Shown: positions 43,967 through 56,203 of the stretch, in pieces
Numbering within the stretch: the stretch's first letter is position 1
Layout: each line of letters begins with the position of its first letter
NCBI RefSeq assembly: GCF_006345805.1
Contig: NC_043012.1
Coordinates: 3,162,001-3,226,000 of the forward strand
Direction of reading: 5' to 3'
Length of the DNA stretch: 64,000 nucleotides
Source: Octopus sinensis
Lineage: Eukaryota
Translations under genes and position numbers: made by a program
Notes under the pieces: model-generated
What the model saw: only the letters and a program-made list of their open reading frames with translations
Databases searched by the model: none
Told to the model about the DNA's origin: nothing

Positions 43967-44884
43967 AAACAGTTTATCAACATTGTGAGAAAGTTTTGTG
44001 TTATTTACCCTTCAGCTCAGTTTTATATCTGTATTCTATATCATCTCGGATTTTAGCTACTTCATTCACTCTTCTATCCAACGAATACACTTCTTATAGA
44101 TTTTTATAAATTTTGAAAATAATCATAAATTTGGAGGGATTTAATAGAATAATTAACTTTTATGGTAATTTATTGGCATTTAAACTTAACTTAGCAATGG
44201 TTCTTGCATAAAATTTTGACTGAAGATTTCAGTACAGATATGAAAACCTTAAAACAGAGACAACTTTGTATCATAGAATCAGGAGTAGTTTCATGTAGTT
44301 TGGTATCAAAAAGGTTAATAAAATAGAAAGTAGGACCCATGAAATCTAGTGATTGGTCTATGTTGGCAAGAAGTGAATATAAACAGTAAAACAAAAAAAA
44401 AAGGAACAGATTCACCATAAGGAATAGATGGGAATTTTGGATCAGATACTTGGGACTCTTACTTCTCTGATAATCTGTGTGCTTCTCCAAAAATTCATGA
44501 GCTAAAAACAGTGACATTATTATTATGTTGCTTGTCAATAAATCATCTGTTGACTTTACACCTTTGAAGTGATACGGAGTAAGGGATGACTTGTCTCGAA
44601 AAACATATAAGGGTTAGTGACAGAACAAACATTTACATGTAAAACAATACCTCAATAATATATCCCTACTCCATGCTAGTGGAGAAAATCAGTTATGCAA
44701 ATGAGCAAAGATTATTTACACACACACACACAACAATCTCCCTCTTAATTACACAACTTGAACCTAACCAACTGTGCGTATTTAGCTGGTAGAAAATCAT
44801 TTGCACAGATGTATGCCTGTGGTCAATCACAGCAAGGTTCGTGCATGCACATCGTTTTAGATGATATTTGTCACCTTTCCTATT

Positions 44885-45075
44885 AGTTTTCTCCATGATG
44901 TCAAGCAAAGGAAAAGGGAAGCATTTGAATGAATCCCAGAGATCAGATATCATCGCGAAGTTGATCAAACTGAATCATCCAAGTAAACTTGAACCTGGGA
45001 TTCTTGAAGATTTTGTGCATACTTATCTGGGACGCATACTTAAATGGGTTTGTACTTAACTGGGAGGTCACTGTG
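44885..45075 (+). mobile_element. pogo/Tigger-like transposase N-terminal remnant
   Basis: MMSSKGKGKHLNESQRSDIIAKLIKLNHPSK resembles a CENP-B/pogo N-terminal HTH, then breaks abruptly. Confidence 0.4.
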
Positions 45076-45947
45076 TACACACACACACACACATACATAG
45101 ACCAAAATTTCCAGAGAACTTATGAACCTTTTCTTTGGTTCTCTCCAGGGTATAATGAACAATAAGCAGTGCATCATCCCTGTAGATAATCTATCCCAGA
45201 TCTGTGAAGTGGCAGCCTAGCTCATAGAGGAGTTACAAACTCATGAGGTCAGTTAGCTGAGCAGAGTTGGAAGAACCCATGATAATGTTGAGGTTGTCCA
45301 TACGCCCTTACTTCCCCCACAAATGGCCTGGAAGACGATGAGGATATTTCTAGCCATGAGAATAAGCACTCACTAGAGTCAGGAGATTCCAGTAGACTTT
45401 CAAGTAAAGATAATGACCTTATTTAGAATAATGGATAAGATGGAAGAATAATAATTATCTAAATCAAATTGCAGGAACGAGGTGCATGGCTTACTATCAA
45501 GCCTATAAATATGTGTGTGTGTGTATACACGCGCACACACCACACTATTTTATAATAGTGTATCATTTTATGACACAATTTTCCTATCAAAAACTATTCT
45601 TCTTAGATAGTGATAACAGAATTATCTCCCCTAGACCAAGCACACGCGTTAATTTTAAGACGACGGGCTTGGCAAAATCCTTCGTAACGTTATGAGTTGG
45701 AATTGACTTTCCCTATTCTCCTGAAATTATTAGCCGTGTACCAAAATTTGAAACCAAAAATTTATGCTCCCAGTTGTGTTGTCTAGTTTGATATAAAATT
45801 TTCTATTTGTCTCACCATTTTACCTGGTTTAAACAGTTAACAGAGGAAATATATTTTATGAATAATTGCTTAGCTATCATGTACACAACAACCTAATTAA
45901 TCTGTTTTCCTTACAACAGTAATTACTGGATCTGTAACCATTATAGT

Positions 45948-46316
45948 GGAGGCGCAATGGCCCAGTGGTTAGGGCAGCGGACTCGCGGTTTCGATTCCCA
46001 GACCGGGCGTTGTGAGTGTTTATTGAGCGAAAACACCTAAAAGCTCCACGAGGCTCCGGCAGGGGATGGTGGTGATCCCTGCTGTACTCTTTCGCCACAA
46101 CTTTCTCTCACTCTTTCTTCCTGTTTCTGTTATACCTGTATTTCAAAGGGCCGGCCTTGTCACTCTCTGTGTCACGCCGAATATCCCCGAGAACTACGTT
46201 AAGGGTACACGTGTCTGTGGAGTGCTCAGCCACTTACACGTTGATTTCACGAGCAGGCTGTTCCGTTGATTCGGATCAACCGGAACCCTCGTCGTCGTAA
46301 CCGACGGAGTGCTTCC
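45948..46316 (+). mobile_element. tRNA-derived SINE family D with 12-bp TSD
   Basis: TSD AACCATTATAGT (45936-45947 and 46317-46328); head GGAGGCGCAATGGCCCAGTGGTTAGGGC...GTTTCGATTCCC. Relatives at about 3995-4240(+), 23345-23625(-), 41960-42235(-). Confidence 0.88.
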
Positions 46317-46965
46317 AACCATTATAGTATTTTTATGACCTCTTCAATAATTATTCTCATCTAGTTCCATTCTCATTTTGAATGCCTTATGGGGATATGA
46401 AAACGTCTGTGTGCACCTATCCACTGTTGGATTTGACTCCTTTGCTAGCCAGCATTTGGTTGTGTTTTGCTATGTTACTTAGTCTTTCATTTGATCGGAG
46501 TTGATAATATAAGTACCAGTGGAGTACAAGAGATGATGTAATTTACTCTACAACTCTCCCAAAATTGCTGGCCATGTTTCAACATTATTGTCATTAAAAC
46601 GTTGTCATTAAAATGCTGGCTGCAGAATGCTTGTGTGGATATGCGGTTATATCAAGGGTGTTGAAAATTCGGCAGCAGATGCACTTTCTAGAATGAATGT
46701 AGATGCATTAAATTCACTAAACACTATAAATTTGGAAGAAATGTCTAAGGATCAAGTTGCGGATAAAGAATTTTCTTTATATAAAAATTCCAATTCAACT
46801 TCTTTAAAATTTAAAGTGTTGCCGATCCATCGTGTAATTCACATATTTGGTGCGATATTTCTACAGGTTTTTCGAGACCGTTTGTGCCTGAAAAGCATAG
46901 AAAAGTTGTTTTTTCTACCTTACATAATTTATCTCATCCAGGTATAGAAGCTTCATTGAAATTAA

Positions 46966-47246
46966 AGTACTACTAGCGAACAGTGGTCCCGCTGCGCGCA
47001 CTCGCGCTAGCTAGTCGTAAGTAGTCGATCCTACAACGACTTGCGCGTATGTTTGTATTTCAAGGCTGATTACATATCAAAGAAAATTAAATAATATTTT
47101 TCGAACAAAGTAAATAATTTTTTAAACTAAGTAAATAAATTTTTTTATAAAAAAACTAAGGTTGGGTTTAGGGTTAAAAGTCGTTGTTGGATCGACTACT
47201 TACGACTAACTAGCACGCACCGGGACCACTGTTCGCTAGTAGTACC
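46966..47246. mobile_element. MITE with 8-bp TSD and (G/A)G termini (Merlin-like), inserted in the Gypsy integrase
   Basis: TSD GAAATTAA at 46958-46965 and 47247-47254; TIR (A/G)GTACTACTAGCGAACAGTGGTCCCG; removing it restores ASLKLTSSRFVW. Confidence 0.85.
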
Positions 47247-47460
47247 GAAATTAACATCAAGTCGTTTTGTTTGGCCTGGTATGAATAAAGATATTCGTTC
47301 CGGGCTCAAATCATGTATGCAATGTCAAAAATCAAAAGAACATCGTCATATCAAAGCACCATTAGGTACATTTGCAAATCCAGATGCGAGATTCCAACAT
47401 ATCCACATCGATATAGTTGGACCCTTAACTCCATGTGAAGATAATATATATTTGTTGACG

Positions 47461-47695
47461 GGAACAAAGGCGCGAGCTGGCAGAAACGTTAGCACGCCGG
47501 GCGAAATGCGTAGCCGTATTTCGTCTGTCGTTACGTTCTGAGTTCAAATTCCACCGAGGTCGACTTTGCCTTTCATCCTTTCGGAGTCGATAAATTAAGT
47601 ACCAGTTGCGCACTGGGGTCGATGTAACCGACTTAATCCGTTTGTCTGTCCTTGTTTGTCCCCTCTGTGTTTAAGCCCCTTGTGGGTAGTAAAGA
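47461..47695 (+). mobile_element. tRNA-derived SINE family B with 18-bp TSD
   Basis: TSD AATATATATTTGTTGACG (47443-47460 and 47696-47713); body GGCGCGAGCTGGCAGAAACG...CTTTGCCTTTCATCCTTTCGGAGTCGATAAATTAAGTACCAG. Other copies at about 290-465, 1143-1375(-), 4755-4990, 25300-25515, 39481-39700. Confidence 0.9.
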
Positions 47696-49035
47696 AATAT
47701 ATATTTGTTGACGTGTATATATCGTTTTTCGAGATGGCCGGAGGCTTATCCGATAAAGGACGTATCTGCAGTAACTACAGCGAAAACCTTATTTACCAAT
47801 TGGATGTCTAGATTTGGCATACCAAACACAGTGACAACAGATCGTGGTTGACAATTTGAGTCTAGCTTATTCGCAGAATTCAATAAGTTGTTGGGGATTA
47901 ATAGAATTCGTACAACTTCATGTCACCCACAATTTAACGGAATGATAGAAAGGTTTCATGGGCAGTTGAAATCTTCATTAAGAACTTATTCTGATTCTAA
48001 CAGTTGGTTTGAAGCCTTACCAGTGGCATTGTTAGGAATTAGAAGTGCTGTTAAAGAAAATTTACAATATTCTCCTGCTGAACTCTTGTACGGAACAACA
48101 TTAACTCTACCTGGTCAAATGTTCCAAGAAACCAATTCTTTTAATGGAGATGTTAATGATTATGTAACTCGTCTACAAGAAAATTGCAAAATGTTAAAAG
48201 TTTTGTTCCTTCTGATATAAATTCTTGGACACAAAGCTTATTTCGACCAATATTCCTGTCATGAAAATGAAGATGTGAGCAATACATATCGACATAGTTT
48301 GAAACAAAGTGATATTCAAAGCAACAAATCTAATGTTAATGGAAACACTCTAAAGTCAATTTTGAAATCCCCGACCCAAGTGAAAAAGACTAGAAGTGGC
48401 AGAATTGTGCATTTTCCAAAAGAACTTTCTCAGTTTGTTTGAGGATTTTCAAAATATTTTTTATATTTCTGGATTATATACATAAATTTATTTTTTCCAC
48501 GTGAACTGAAAGGAACTGTATTTGAACATTATAATTGTAAAGCCGTATTGAAAGGCTAATTTCATATGTTTAACATGTAATTTATAATGCATTGTATATA
48601 TTGATGTGTTATAACTATTAATGCAAATGTTGTATTGAAAAAAATATGTATTACGAATTTCTTTTTCGCAAAATTTTAATTTTTCTGGCGAAAAGCTGAA
48701 TGTAGCAAGTAGCCATTTTAGACATTTTGAAATAAGGCGCCAATTGGTGGTAGCTGGCAATATGACGCAATGTCGTATTACTCTTTTACTCTTTTACTTG
48801 TTTCAGTAATTTGACTGCGGCCATGCTGGAGCACCACCTTTAATCGAGTAACTCGACCCCAGGACTTATTCTTTGTAAGCCCATTACTTATTCTATCGGT
48901 CTCTTTTGCCGAACCGTTAAGTGACGGGGACATAAACACACCAGCATCGGTTGTCAAGCAATGCTAGGGGGACAAACACACACGCATATATATATATATA
49001 TACTTTATTTTAAGCAGCAGAAAATTCAACAAAAT

Positions 49036-49073
49036 CTGTTACTCTGAGTTTCTCGTTGCCGTTCATCAGACAG
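49036..49073 (-). ncRNA. Type I minimal hammerhead ribozyme (left arm of the palindrome; identical copy)
   Basis: Exact reverse complement of 49106-49143. Confidence 0.78.
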
Positions 49074-49105
49074 TTTTTGCTAGAATGGTTCCATTCTAGC
49101 AAAAA

Positions 49106-49143
49106 CTGTCTGATGAACGGCAACGAGAAACTCAGAGTAACAG
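49106..49143 (+). ncRNA. Type I minimal hammerhead ribozyme (right arm of the palindrome)
   Basis: CTGT-CTGATGA-A-CG(GCAA)CG-A-GAAA-CTC(A)GAG-TA-ACAG. Confidence 0.78.
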
Positions 49144-49245
49144 ATTTTGTTGAATTTTCTGCTGCTTAAAATAAAGCATATTACTCTACCACTGGTATTT
49201 GAGTACTCTTTTTTCCACCTTGTTTCACATTTATGTGTTTACTCC

Positions 49246-49283
<38 letters not shown>

Positions 49284-49608
49284 TACGACGGCCTTCTTTC
49301 AGTTTCCGTCTACCAAATCCACTCACAAGGCTTTGGTCGGCCCGAGGCTATAGTAGAAGACACTTGCCCAAGGTGCCATGCAGTGGGACTGAACCCGGAA
49401 CCATGTGGTTGGTAAGCAAGCTACTAACCACACAGCCACTCCTGCGCCTATATTGCCAAAGAATTATTATTTTCGTTTTTTCCATTGGTTAATATAACTG
49501 CTCATATAAGGATTCTAAAAAGTTACGTAAAGAATATTTGTAATGGATTTCGATTCTTTTAAGTCAAGTTGAGCAGTTACAAAAACCCTGGATTTTGGGA
49601 AAAACTTT

Positions 49609-50326
49609 GGATCTTTTCCTTTTGAACGGCACATGTCAACACAATTTCTAGTTAACTAAACACTTTTAAACTTCGTATACTGGTAGAATGTGTTTATAAA
49701 ACATCATTTTTTCTTGGCTTTATTGAGAAAATTCTATATGTTGTAACATATTTCCACTTTAATTTCAAGCATTTCAGCAATTTTAACCAATCGCTCACCT
49801 CCATTTGGGGTGAAAACATTCCGTGCTGTATGAATATGTCCCTCGTTTAAGAAACAGATTGGGTTTATTTACATTTGCGATGAAAAAAAGATACCCTTCC
49901 CCCACCCCTAACACTAACCCTAACTCTAACCCTAAATCTAAAATAGATTGAAATGCAATAGATCGATACTAGGGTTATAATTATGGGTGACATTTTCATT
50001 TGACACCGCTAGAAAAAAATCCCATTTTCCGTAGCAGTGTAGTATTAATTTAACAATTAAAAAAAAAATTAGGGTTAGGTTTAGGGTTAGTGACAGGATG
50101 TTATCTCAGTTTTAGACGCAGCAAATGATTTTAGCTCAATTAGAGGCGATTCATTGGTTAAAATTCGAAAAATTAAACTACGTTAAACAAACAAATTACA
50201 ATTTTCTCAAGAAAGCCAAGAGGAAAAAATGTTTTATTTTGACACATTCTACCAGTATACGAAGTTTTAAAGTGTTTAGTTAACTAGAAATTATGTTGAC
50301 ATCTGCCGTTCAAAAGGAAAAGATCC
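49609..50326. mobile_element. Long-TIR (~190 bp) non-autonomous DNA transposon, 8-bp TSD, GG termini (Merlin-like)
   Basis: Perfect TSD AAAACTTT (49601-49608 and 50327-50334); termini GGATCTTTTCC...GGAAAAGATCC; internal TAACCC-like arrays; truncated relative at about 17252-17490. Confidence 0.85.
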
Positions 50327-50589
50327 AAAACTTTAGTGTTTTGTTGGATGTAACTGAACTCCATGACACTCACTCCTTTGAAACATTGGTGATTTTCATG
50401 CCATGTCCAAAGATAATCACAACAAGTCTATTTTGAATTGTTCATTTATTTATTAGTTAGATTTACGAATTAGCTAGTGAAATATATAGTCGTACTTCTA
50501 CACAACGAAAATTATCTTTTCTTTCACATGTACATAATATAAAATGTTATATTTATAGAATAAAACTAATTTAGAAAATGTTTCTCTTC

Positions 50590-51610
50590 ACGTTTTTTTC
50601 AAATGTGTATAAATATGCATTTCTGTAATCATTTCTGCTACCATTTTGTTGATATGTGTGTTAAATGAGGCAATGTTGCTCATTTCTATTCCAAGATCAC
50701 ACACCATATTTGATTCTGGGATCGTTGCTCCACTTGGTCCAACGTACTGATGTCGTGATTCCTGAGTAGTGCTTAACTGGTAGCGGAGGGCTTGGAATTT
50801 ACTTGCATTAAATTGCATGTTGTTATCCTCAGCCCATGTATAGATGGCATCTAGACCTTTCTGTCAGAGCGTAGCATCAGAGGTTTCCTTGACTGACTGT
50901 GAGACTTTTGCGTCGTCGGCATAGCTGGTAAGCATGACTGCCTTTGTCACTGATGGCATATCCGATAGGGCTACCACGAAAAGCAGTGGCCCCAGCACAG
51001 TGCCTGGGGCACTCCACTCACTATTGGTGTCTCTGTGGAGAGAGCTCTGTTGGCTGCTACAGCTTGGCTCCTATCCTTTAGGAAATCATGCAGCCACTCT
51101 CCGACTTCACCTGTGATGCTGAGTCCCCGTATTTTGTGGTATATCATTCCATGGTCGACCTTGTCAAATGCCTTTTCAAAGTCAAGGTATATCACATCCA
51201 CTTTTGAGCAGTTCATTAATTGCTTCAGTACCCAGTCATAGTGTCGCAGAAGTTGTGTAAGACAGCTCCTTCCCAAGCGAAACCATGTTGGGTGTCAGAG
51301 AGCAGGTCATTGTCCTCAAGGAACTCAATCAGTCTCTTCCTGACAATGTGCTCCATGACTTTACTGACGTGGGAGGTCAGGGAGACAGGTCTATAATTAC
51401 TAGCCTCTGCCTCTGCTTCCTCCCTTATGGATAGGGCATATTCCTCTTTTAGTTTTTGGGGGAGTTTCCCCATCCTGAGGGACTCCTGGAAAAGGATTTG
51501 AAGTGGTCTAGCTAGAGCTCTTTTGAATTTCTTTAGGAGGATTGCAGGGAATCCATCAGGGCCCGTTGCTGAGTTTGAGCTCGGCTCTTCAATGGCTGAT
51601 ATCACATCAG
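50590..51610 (-). mobile_element. CR1-clade LINE reverse transcriptase fragment (frameshifted)
   Basis: ATGPDGFPAILLK, NYRPVSLTSHVSKVME, QHGF..GRSCLTQLL, YLDFEKAFDKVDH, SGVPQ, YADDAK, QFNASKF. Confidence 0.92.
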
Positions 51611-53102
51611 TTTCCTCTATTTGCGTTTATGTACAGAGATGGACATTAAAACTCACCTTCTTTCTTTCTTTCTTTATTTATTCATGGATTTTGTCTGAAA
51701 AATAGGCTGTCATAAGTTGAATAGTTTATATATTTTCACATGGTATGTTTGTGTTGGTAGTCATTGGCATTTTAAAACTAGACTATAGAAACTATAGTTA
51801 CATACATGCACTCACACACACTCACACAACCATACAGATACATTTTAGATTAGACTCCCCATGTTCAGTCCATTGCAGAATGAAGGCGTCAGCATCTTCT
51901 CTCCACCAACCACAGTCTGATGTGTAGGCCTTGAATTGGAGCTTGAGATCATGCTGGTTTGATGAGCTTGCTCTGCCACATTGGTTCAACATGGCTTGGT
52001 AGAGCGGGCAGCTTTTATACTCATTCCCATAAATAATTAAGTTGGATTCATCCACCCCAGTGCTCAAATGGTACTTATTTTATCAACCCTGGAAAGATGA
52101 AAGGCAAAGGTTGACCTTGATGAAATTTGAACTCAAAACATTAAGGTGGATGAAATACCACAAAGCAATTTGCCTGACATTTTAACAATTCTGTATATGT
52201 TGAAGACATAATCCATAATTTTGGGACAAGTAAAGCAGACAAACAGGTGTACCATTCTCAAACACTCATATATTAGCAAATATTCAACATCTCAAATTAA
52301 CTGGAAATTGAAAACCTACACAGCATGTACTATGTCTAAGAAACCAGATAATTTGTAGAGGTTTTTTTGTTGAAATTCTGAAAACGTCCTTTTGAGATAT
52401 TTCCCGCCAGCTTTAACAAGCAATTCTTTCTAAATTCAACATGTTCAAAGATGAAGCTTTGTTAAATTATATGTTTGTCTTAGTTAGCTCTGAAAGAGCT
52501 GACTTGTGGGCCAGTTAGATTTTAAATACTGTCATTTTGTATGGTTAAACATATATTTCAGACTATGATATCTAGTTTGTTCTTTTTATTCATTGTAATT
52601 TTTATGTGTGGGAAAAGTTATTTCAATAATATTTGATTGGTTTTCCTAATACTTTGAACATGTAGGATTTATCTCATTTGCTAATTAGCAATAAATGTCG
52701 TTGTTCTGATTATTTATAATCTGAGTTCAAATACTGCCAAGGTCATCTTGTCTTATCATTCAGGCTTCAATAAAATATAATACTAGGCAAGCCATTGTTC
52801 ATGTACTTCTACTCTTCTATTCCTTTTACATTTTCCTCTCTCACTTTTTAGTCACTTGGACATCACAGACTCGTGCATTTAAACCACTCAGAGATTTTAT
52901 CTAGTTTGTGGTCAACGCTACTCAGAGTTATTTCCCTTTCCATTAATTACAGTATTTGTTGACATGAAAAAACACAGGGGTGTATAAGACATACCCCGAT
53001 TTCAGCAATGCATATTCAGAGTTAGGGACAAAATTTGTTTATGGGAAGTCCAACTTTGCATATAGAACCCTGGTTGTATACAACACACATCTATATATAT
53101 AT

Positions 53103-53152
<50 letters not shown>

Positions 53153-53907
53153 CTACTACATATGTGGAAATCTGTAGGTGTGTTTGTTATCTAACTCCTC
53201 CAACATTGTTTTATCGATTTCTATGCAACCTGACGTGTGAGTAAAACTTAGGTCTGGAAAACTAGTGACATACTTTGATTGTTGAAAAAAAGTCGATAAT
53301 AGGGCCCTTGGAAGGGATTCCCTTTACTACATATAACTAATGTATTATTTTTAAACATCCAAGGGAAAATAAACCATTTGCTCCTGAAAGGGATTCTTAT
53401 ATATAGCCATGGGAAATGACCCATTCATGTTCATAAATTATTTCATATAAATCAAATTGAGTATGCTTATTTCATAGTATTTGAACTATTTGAGTTATTT
53501 TCACAATTTATCCACTACAATGCTTAAACAAGTAAATAGTATTTCCTAAACAATAGATCAACTTATTTTGTTTAGTGACTTATTCATGAATATACCAACA
53601 CTAGCACCGCTGAGGGTAATATTCTCTGGGAAAACAAAAGCTTTTTTCAGAGTTATTTACTTTGAATTGTTATTATCTCATATCAGATTAGCCTGTTATT
53701 ATATATATTTTATGATTTTAGTATACATGCCTTATTAGTATTTCCTCCGAAGTTCTATATACTCTGGAAATGCATTAAGGCCCTTTTCGGGGCTACTTTA
53801 TTTGATTTCTTACTATCGAGTAATTAATGTCATGTTATTACATAACTGACTTCACAATTTGGGTATTCATAACTTATTGGGAATTCCTAAAAACAAGATC
53901 TTCTGTA

Positions 53908-54315
53908 AGACAGTTCGGTATTCTCAATAAATGCACAAAAACCATTTTAAGGGCAACATACTTTGTATTGTTGTTACTGGATTAGCAAAAACAGTTTTAT
54001 GAGACAGAACCAAGGGAAAGCCCCACTCTCTGGAAATATACAGAGTACCTCAGATAGTATTATATATTATTTGTTTGTATGTCTGTGCTTGTCTCCCCAC
54101 CATCACTTAAGACAGTTTCGGTATTCTCAATAAATGCACAAAAACCATTTTAAGGCAACATACTTTGTATTGTTGTTACTGGATTAGCAAAACAGTTTTA
54201 TGAGAACAGAACCAAGGGATAAGCCCCACTCTCCTGGAAATTACCGAGTACCTCAGCTAGTATTATATATATATTTGTTTGTATGTCTGTGCTTGTCTCC
54301 CCCACCATCACTTGA
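53908..54315. repeat. ~205-bp direct tandem duplication
   Basis: AGACAGTT(T)CGGTATTCTCAATAAATGC...CCACCATCACTT occurs twice, differing mainly by 1-nt indels. Confidence 0.9.
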
Positions 54316-54495
54316 CAACTGATGTTGATGTGTTTATGTCCCTGTAACTTTGTGGTTCAGCAGAAGATATATATATATATAAGAAAAAGAATTTATATTG
54401 TTAAAGAATTATTCTGGTGTTGTCTACAGGAACTAATTTTACTGTTTGAAATGTGAAGAACATTATAGCACAGCATTTCTTTGGCAAATTTCAGA

Positions 54496-54570
54496 TTATC
54501 GTTTTTCAGCCTTCAACCATATTCCATTCTTTGCATAAAGAAATATTTGCCCTCCTGTCTTAAGAGGAAC
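54496..54570 (-). CDS. Cytochrome P450 terminal exon
   Basis: CTCTTTCTAG|VPLKTGGQIFLYAKNGIWLKAEKR*; phase 0 fits the preceding exon and resembles typical CYP3/6/9 C-termini. Upstream exons (ExxR/PER) were not found in the window, so they presumably lie beyond the right edge. Confidence 0.82.
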   Translation of the reverse strand, partial: VPLKTGGQIFLYAKNGIWLKAEKR

Positions 54571-56203
54571 CTAGAAAGAGAATTACCAGGAAATAAAGTC
54601 AGTGAGCATTAAGATATTTCAATTGTTGATCAATGATAAAGTGTGACAATCAAACACATACAACTAATGATATTTCTTTAAAATTTCAGATTCAGTCAAA
54701 ATATGAAATCTTCTAATATTTATAACAGTTACAAAAACTCATTTATAAGAGAAGAATTCTTACCTTGTTCAATCAAAATTTAGATTTCAAATGGTCAAAG
54801 TCATCACAATACACTTAAGATTCACTTCACTTTGGAAGATGCATTAATACTTCAAATGTCGATTTCCCATGTCCCCAGGTGAGTTACAAATTCATTTCTA
54901 ACTATACTAGTGGGGCTGAGGGTACAGTAATAAATTATGCATTCAGCCAGCCAACATGCAATCCAGTTTCAATTCCCAGTTGTATTGTATACACTCACCT
55001 TTCATAACTGACATTTCGTAACAATAAATCATTGCTTGAAATTACATTATACTAGCAATGCACCCTGGCGTTGCCCGGGGGGTTATTACCTACAGCCACA
55101 TTGTATTATTTGTTCCTTTCTTATGGGCAGAACCAGCTTATGAGGAGTATGAAGCAAACAACTCTTCTTTATAAACATGTTTTTCAGTCATTTTCTGTTG
55201 AACAATGCTGCAGTTTCAATCAACCAAATTCAGTCACAAGTCTGTGGTTGGCCTAGGGTTATAGTAGAAAACACTTGCTCAAAGTACCATGCAGAGGGAT
55301 TGAACATGGAACCATGTGGCTGGGAAGCAAACTTCTCAACCACATTCTTGCACTCAATATGTGTGTGTGTTTACATTTGTTGTAAAAATCGAGTATTGTG
55401 CCCCATTATGTCTCAAAGTTAGCAGTTCATCAAGCAGAGATCTATAAAATAAATAACAGATTGAAATACGTACTGAGCTCAGTATGGTCAATTACATTTT
55501 TAAAGGTGATACCCTATCATGGTGACAGTCAAAAGACTAAACCCAGTATGATAATGTTTAAAGACTTAATGGTTTCAAATTTAAGGTAATGGATTACTAA
55601 CCACAAGATAACGAGTTCAAATTTCATATTGAACTTCCAATCTATACGATAACAGTATATGTACATCTCAGTCTACAAGACTTCCAGCAATTAACAATTG
55701 TTTTTTGAAGCTGAATGGTTAGCAGTAAGAAAGATGTCCAGATTTCTTACAAAATTATTGTGCAAAATATTCTGAGAAAAAGTATTTTTTTCACTACAAC
55801 AAAACACACACAGACACACACACACAGAGGTGTGTCTGTAGTAACGTGTGCTACTACAGAAAGCAGCCAAATCTCTCTTAAAACACAACCTTTCATCAAA
55901 AGAAAGACACAGATCTACAGTATTTCAGGAAGGAAAAAAAAGATATTCGATGGGTCTGCTATATCAGAGGTAACGCTGGGCTAAACAAAACACAAAAGTA
56001 CTTCACATTAGATCATCTACTAAGTAATACTAATAAATCTTACATTATTTGGTCGATGAAAGATTACTGAATCATTTGATACCTAATACGCCAAAATCGG
56101 CAACTAGGTTTTCAAATCCATAAGGAACATATGTCCATGCACACACACACACACACACAAACTCTGTTTTATATATTAAGATTTCATATTCATATTATCT
56201 TAC

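Larger units (their letters stand above)
46636..48442 (+). mobile_element. Decayed Ty3/Gypsy LTR-retrotransposon pol fragment (RNase H end plus integrase), interrupted by a MITE and a SINE
   Basis: IKGVENSAADALSR; H-x6-H zinc finger with CMQCQKSK; FQHIHIDIVGPL; TTDRG; RTTSCHPQFNGMIERFHGQLK; SPAELLYGTTLTLPG; C-terminal KTRSGRIVHFP. Frameshifts and stops present. Confidence 0.92.
49003..49250. mobile_element. Short non-autonomous PLE-derived element with a perfect inverted duplication, inserted in the (TA)n of a SINE
   Basis: 86-bp perfect inverted arms (49003-49088 and 49091-49176) plus a 3' tail ending at (TA)n; homologous to 31385-31730. Confidence 0.65.

Noticed and set aside
49905-50092. 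Interstitial telomere or chromosome fusion site
   Set aside because: Short degenerate motifs internal to a TSD-flanked transposon
52905-52955. Possible further hammerhead of the 49106 family on the minus strand
   Set aside because: Only ACTCTGAGTAG survives; the core is too decayed to support a call
54690-54884. Plus-strand exon (TTTCAG... CAG|GTGAGT) of an antisense gene overlapping the P450
   Set aside because: No recognisable coding frame or partner exon; splice-like motifs are frequent by chance; needs RNA evidence
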